Assembly: GCF_009914755.1 (NCBI RefSeq)
Contig: NC_060931.1
Strand: one strand, 5' to 3'
Length of the DNA stretch: 64,000 bases
Source of the DNA: the human T2T-CHM13v2.0 reference genome, Homo sapiens
Positions 59,064 to 64,000 of the stretch are shown one piece after another. The first letter of the stretch is position 1. Each line of letters begins with the position of its first letter. Below the pieces are notes generated by a model. The model was not told the DNA's origin. It was given only the letters and a program-made list of their open reading frames with translations, and did no database searches. Made by a program: the position numbers and the translations under genes.

Positions 59064-59456
59064 TAAAATAGGAATCAAATGCCTCTGTGCCCAATTCAGA
59101 AATAATTATTTCAAAGCCATAAAAAGGGTTCAAACTGTTAACCAAATATTCCAGGATGCAATAGGATGGTTCTCTAACATTCTTACTCATTTCTGAATGA
59201 ACATCTCGGCTGGTACACGACATGGCAATGAAAGGGGCCCCAGGCAGGGCTGACAGCCCACTGTGGTAGCTCCCTAGATTAGGGCCAGGCTAGATTTGAG
59301 CTCTTTGTTGATGTTGGCTGCAGGATTATGGCATGTGTGATATGGGCACTTAATCTTCTTTAGCAGAATTGGCACCTCTCTAGGGAACATGAACTTCCAA
59401 GCCTTCTTTGTGGGTGACTTGAGCAAAAGAATCTCATAACTTTCACAGTGGGTGAC

Positions 59457-59477
59457 AGAGAGAGAGAGAGAGAGAGA
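59457..59477. repeat. (AG)10 microsatellite
   Basis: Direct read. Confidence 0.9.
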
Positions 59478-61879
59478 AGTCACTGTTCTCCCAGAGCATA
59501 ATTAGGGGCAAAACAGAAAAGATACCCAGACCCTAGTGATTTCTAGGCATTCCGTTTATTTTTCTGCTATACCAAAACATTTATATATTATTAATAGTTG
59601 GGGATTTTCTCAAAATATGTTATGAAATGAAACTCTTTTTCTGGGAGCTTGACTATAAGCAGGTTGAAGACTAATGGAATTCATTCTGATACAGTAGTGA
59701 ACATCATACAAAGGTGTATTCAAAGTGAAAAGTGATTTTTGCTGCCTCTTTATTTCTAAATACAGTCTAAATATTTCTCTAACTATAGTATTGCATTGAA
59801 TGCATTACTACGTAAAAAGCACAAAATCTTTAGGTCTACATTCTCTACTTAGGTACATGGGATATCTGCTTATTAAGGCACTTGTTCTGGGTAGTATAGC
59901 TTAATCCCAAATCATAAAATATTAAGTAATATTTGGGGCACAAAGATTTTGATGCCAAAAACATTACAGTGATAAAATGCTTTCATCAACCTGAATTACT
60001 AATACCTCTCATGCCACTCAGGCATCGTTCCAATCTGCACAATGTCTAGTCTGCTTCCACAGAAGTATCATCCAAGACCTGAAAGTTTATATGCTCAGAT
60101 CATACTACCATTGGCGCAAATGGCAGTTCTCACATCTCCCTTATAAGTGGTCACTCAGAAGTCAAGTGGTCTATGAAATCACAGGTAATAATGAAAAAAA
60201 TGCCTCATGACCATTGGCTTCTATTCCATAATTCTTACCTGCAAGGCAGCCTTGAAAATAAGCACAAAAATCACCACACTGCATGTTGCATAACTTCTTT
60301 ACTTTCCCCAGAGAGGGCCGAAAGTAGTCAAAATCAATTATGTCAGTAATTCCTCCAATTAATCTGATGGATACCACTTCTTATCATTAGAATGACTACT
60401 AAAACTGGTAAAGATTAAACTTTTTCTGTGCCCTGTATTCCCATGAGTGTATTTCATATAGCAATAACAAAAATAAATAAATAAAAAGAGTAATAAATGA
60501 GCATTCATCTTCAAATCCCAGGTTAGTTCCTGTTGACATCTCTAAAAATTGAGAATGGACCTTGGAGTCAGTAAAAAAAGAATATCTTTACTCTAAAAAT
60601 AAATTAACTCTCAGGTATTCGTAAAAGGTATCTGCAATGCACTTAATTCTTAAAGATGAATAAGAATTCAGCACATACTCCCCATCAGACTACCCTTCAG
60701 GGTATTATTTATCTTTACTCACCACATATATTAATTAACTTTGTTATTCTAGTTCCTTTCTTACTTTTTAGTATGCAAATATACAAATATATTCACTCAT
60801 CAACAGCTAAAATAAAATGAACGCTTAGAATTCAGAGAGCCTTTGCAAGGTGTTTTATGGAACCAAAACATGTTCCTTCATTCCAGTGACTTCTTGGGTC
60901 TTAAAAGGCAAAGAAAAGTAAAGAAACAAGCCCATTATTTGGATAAACAAAACAAAAGTATCCTCTTTTTGTCTGTCTTGTTCAATTACTCTTTTCAAGT
61001 CTACCGTTCAGTTTGGCTGTGCAAACCTGACCACAAAGTGCTATTTTAGCCTTCTCAATTTGACAGACATTACCAGTCATTCTCCATCTCTGAAGAGAGT
61101 AGGAGGGTGAAAAACAGATTTAAACTACATAAAAGAGAGGGAATTTAGACCAGCCACAAGGTAAATATTCTCAGCAGTGAGAATTGGACAAGAAAATACA
61201 TTACTAAGGGAGGATACCAAAATGCTAAGTTAGCTAACTAGTACATTTAAAAAATAAGTCAAAGAACTAACTATAGTAATAGAATGCAGATTTTAGCTTA
61301 CAGTAACCTGTATATGACTAAATATATGTATATTTTTAACTTAGAGCTAGGTAAAAGATTATAAGTATGTATGCATTATTACTGCTTTAAGCTTGAGATG
61401 CACTATGGAATATTTTTTCCTAGCTATTGAAAAGCAGATTTGTTTTACTTTTTTTCTGAAACAGTATCTTTGTTTTTTCTAACTTGAATATTGTGGCAAT
61501 AAACTAGGCACAATAGTACACACTTAGCAGACACTAAACAGTCTGTTCAATTAGGCTGAAAAAAGTCTTCTTCTGGCTATTTGCATGTACTCAATACATT
61601 TACTCCAAGATTCTTCTGACAAGGGACACTTTTAGCCAATTCCCCAATAGCTCTCATCATTATAGGATTAAAAAACTAGGCCTCCTGTGAATTTAAAAAT
61701 AGATTAAAATACTCCCTGGTACTCAGATGTGTTCCCACTAGCTAATTCCAGCATTGGTCAACATGGATCTTGTTTGAAGCTAACCCAGTTTAAATATTCC
61801 TTTTGCAAAACAGATTTTTAGAGCTATGCCTTGCTAAAGATTCTTCCAAATAGTAATCTCTCCTGGCACAGGAGCTAAC

Positions 61880-62990
61880 CACTGCCCAGGTCTCTAGGCT
61901 CATCTCCTGCTGTACACTCCACATTCACTCTTCCTTCCATTAGCACTACTTGCAGTTCCCCAAACATGGCATGCCTCTATTTTTGCCTGCATACTTCCTG
62001 TGAATGCTATTTCTTTATCTAGAAGATTCTCTCCCCACCCCCACCTGCCTTATCTGGCATCTTCAGTGATTCCTGTGTCTCTTTGAGATCCAATTTAATT
62101 GATAGTTCCTTTAGGAATCATTCCTATACTTCCCAAACTAAGATAAATGCCCCTTCTTATGCCCATATCCATCTGGGATTTTGCCTTCCTTCATACTTTA
62201 TATCCAATACACCAAAATCTCTTGTTGGCTCTACCTTCAAAATAGATCCAGAATCTGATGACTTATCATCTTCTCAACTGCTACCACCCTGGTCCATACC
62301 ACCATCTCTAGCCTACATTTCTGTGATAGCCTCCTAGTTGATTTATTCTTACCTACTTCAACCTAGCCTCCACAATCTATTCTCTACATGATAGCCAGGA
62401 TGCCCTTTTAAAATCTAAGTCAAAGTCCTTCCTCTACTCAGAACCACTTGAGTTCCCTTGTTTCACTCATAGTGAAAGTCAACAGCCTTACAATGTCCTG
62501 CACACCACCCTCCCTGCTCTGCCCCTACCTATCCTGACTGCTCTCCTGTCCTCACCTTTTACTCTCCTTCTTTCTCACTTCACTCCAGCCACCCTTGTTT
62601 CCAACATTAGGGCTTTTCCACTGCCAGTTCTCTCTGCCTATATTGCCCCTAACCCAGATATTTCTGTGGTTAATCCATTCCCTACTTCTTTCAAATATTC
62701 ATGTAAATGTTATCTTCTCAATGAGACCTACTCTGGCCATTCTTAACAGTGTAATGCATTACCCCCAACCCCCACTACAGATGCCCCTATTTCCCTTGTA
62801 CCCTGCTCTACCTTTTGTTTTTTCACCCCATGACATTTTCCCCTTCTGTCATACTACATCATCTATTACTTTCATATTTAGTCTTTATTGTTTGATCCTC
62901 ACACTAGAATATAAGCTCCACAAAAAACAGAAATCATTATCAATTTTGTTCACAAATGCATCCCAAGCATAAAAGGTGTTCAGTAAGTGT
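61880..62990 (+). mobile_element. L2 3' remnants
   Basis: Pyrimidine-rich sequence with GGCTCTACCTTCAAAATAGATCCAGAATCTGA, CTTTTAAAATCTAAGTCA and CACTAGAATATAAGCTCCA L2 motifs. Confidence 0.7.
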
Positions 62991-64000
62991 TGATTTTGAA
63001 TAGCAGTTAACCCAAACTTACGTTTTCTTCTCTACCTTTATTACTAGCTTGTGGGCTCTTTCAAGGCATGGTACATATATTTCATCTCTGATCTCAAATA
63101 CTCAGCATGGTTTCTGGCATAGAGCAGACATTATGTAAATGTTTACCAAAGGAATGAGAAATTATAAAAGCAAGCAATCAATTTATAATATGATTGCTTT
63201 GAAAAAATTTTAATATATAAATTTTGTTCATTAACAAATGAATGTCAAGAAAGGAAAGTGTATGACTTCTAGAGTGGCTTGCTTTTTTACCTAAGTACTC
63301 TCTTTTAGTTATATTCTATCATTTCATTTGAGATAAATGTAACCAAATATCATTAAAGCTGGAAGAGACCCATCACTGTTTTATAGATGAATCCCAAGAA
63401 TTGAAAGTGATTCGCCCAAGATCAGTCAGCTGGTTAGTAACAGGGGCCAGGACTGTTAGCTCGTTAGTAACAGGGGTGAGGTGAAATTCATGTCACCTGA
63501 CCCAGTGCTGCTTTTGCATGTGCACGAGGACTCTGGGAAATTGATGTATTTGATCCCAAACATCTACCACAGTTTCTGATCCATTCTAAATATTAATGAA
63601 ATGCTATTGAAGGAATGAAAGATGATCAATAGGTTTATAGTATGTTTCCTTTTTTTATTTCTTTTTAAGATACCTTTAATGCTCCTGGTCTACTTTTTCA
63701 GTTGACACAAAGGTGGTTCATCAAACACCCAAACTTTGAACGCTGAGCCTTGGATTCCAAACCTTAGTATATTTAAAAATAAATAAAGTTTCAAATCATT
63801 TTTTAATTGTTCAGTAAAATTATTTCCATGTGCAAGAGTTATGTCATCCAGAATCCTAAAGTAAATATTTAAATGAGAATTATGTTTGGTGTCATGTGAA
63901 TTTTCAAACTTACTTTGAGTAAAATTTCAGAATTTATGATGTAAAAGAAAGCTTAAACTATGCAATACAGTTAAGAAAAAGGAAGTCGAGAGGTCTATGA

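Overview
AT-rich, repeat-dense primate (human-like) genomic DNA inside the GRM3 gene (metabotropic glutamate receptor 3, class C GPCR) on the + strand. The window covers the 3' part of intron 1, the first coding exon (36907-37514; ATG at 37047), the whole 20.6-kb next intron, the large CpG-rich exon (58161-59016) and the start of the following intron. Together the two exons encode residues 1-441 (signal peptide plus most of the Venus flytrap domain). The rest is Alu, L1, L2, MIR, LTR and DNA-transposon remnants, with family names recalled by eye and not computed. I see no evidence of a new multi-gene system. The most unusual local features are: a 120-bp, 92.5%-identical upstream copy of the exon's splice acceptor and 5'UTR with the AG destroyed; a 46-bp-arm hairpin at 16.2 kb; two back-to-back uORFs; a solo LTR with intact AP-1 and bZIP sites; a stop codon overlapping AATAAA just inside the intron after the CpG exon; a twin-primed L1 inversion; and a 64-bp AT palindrome.
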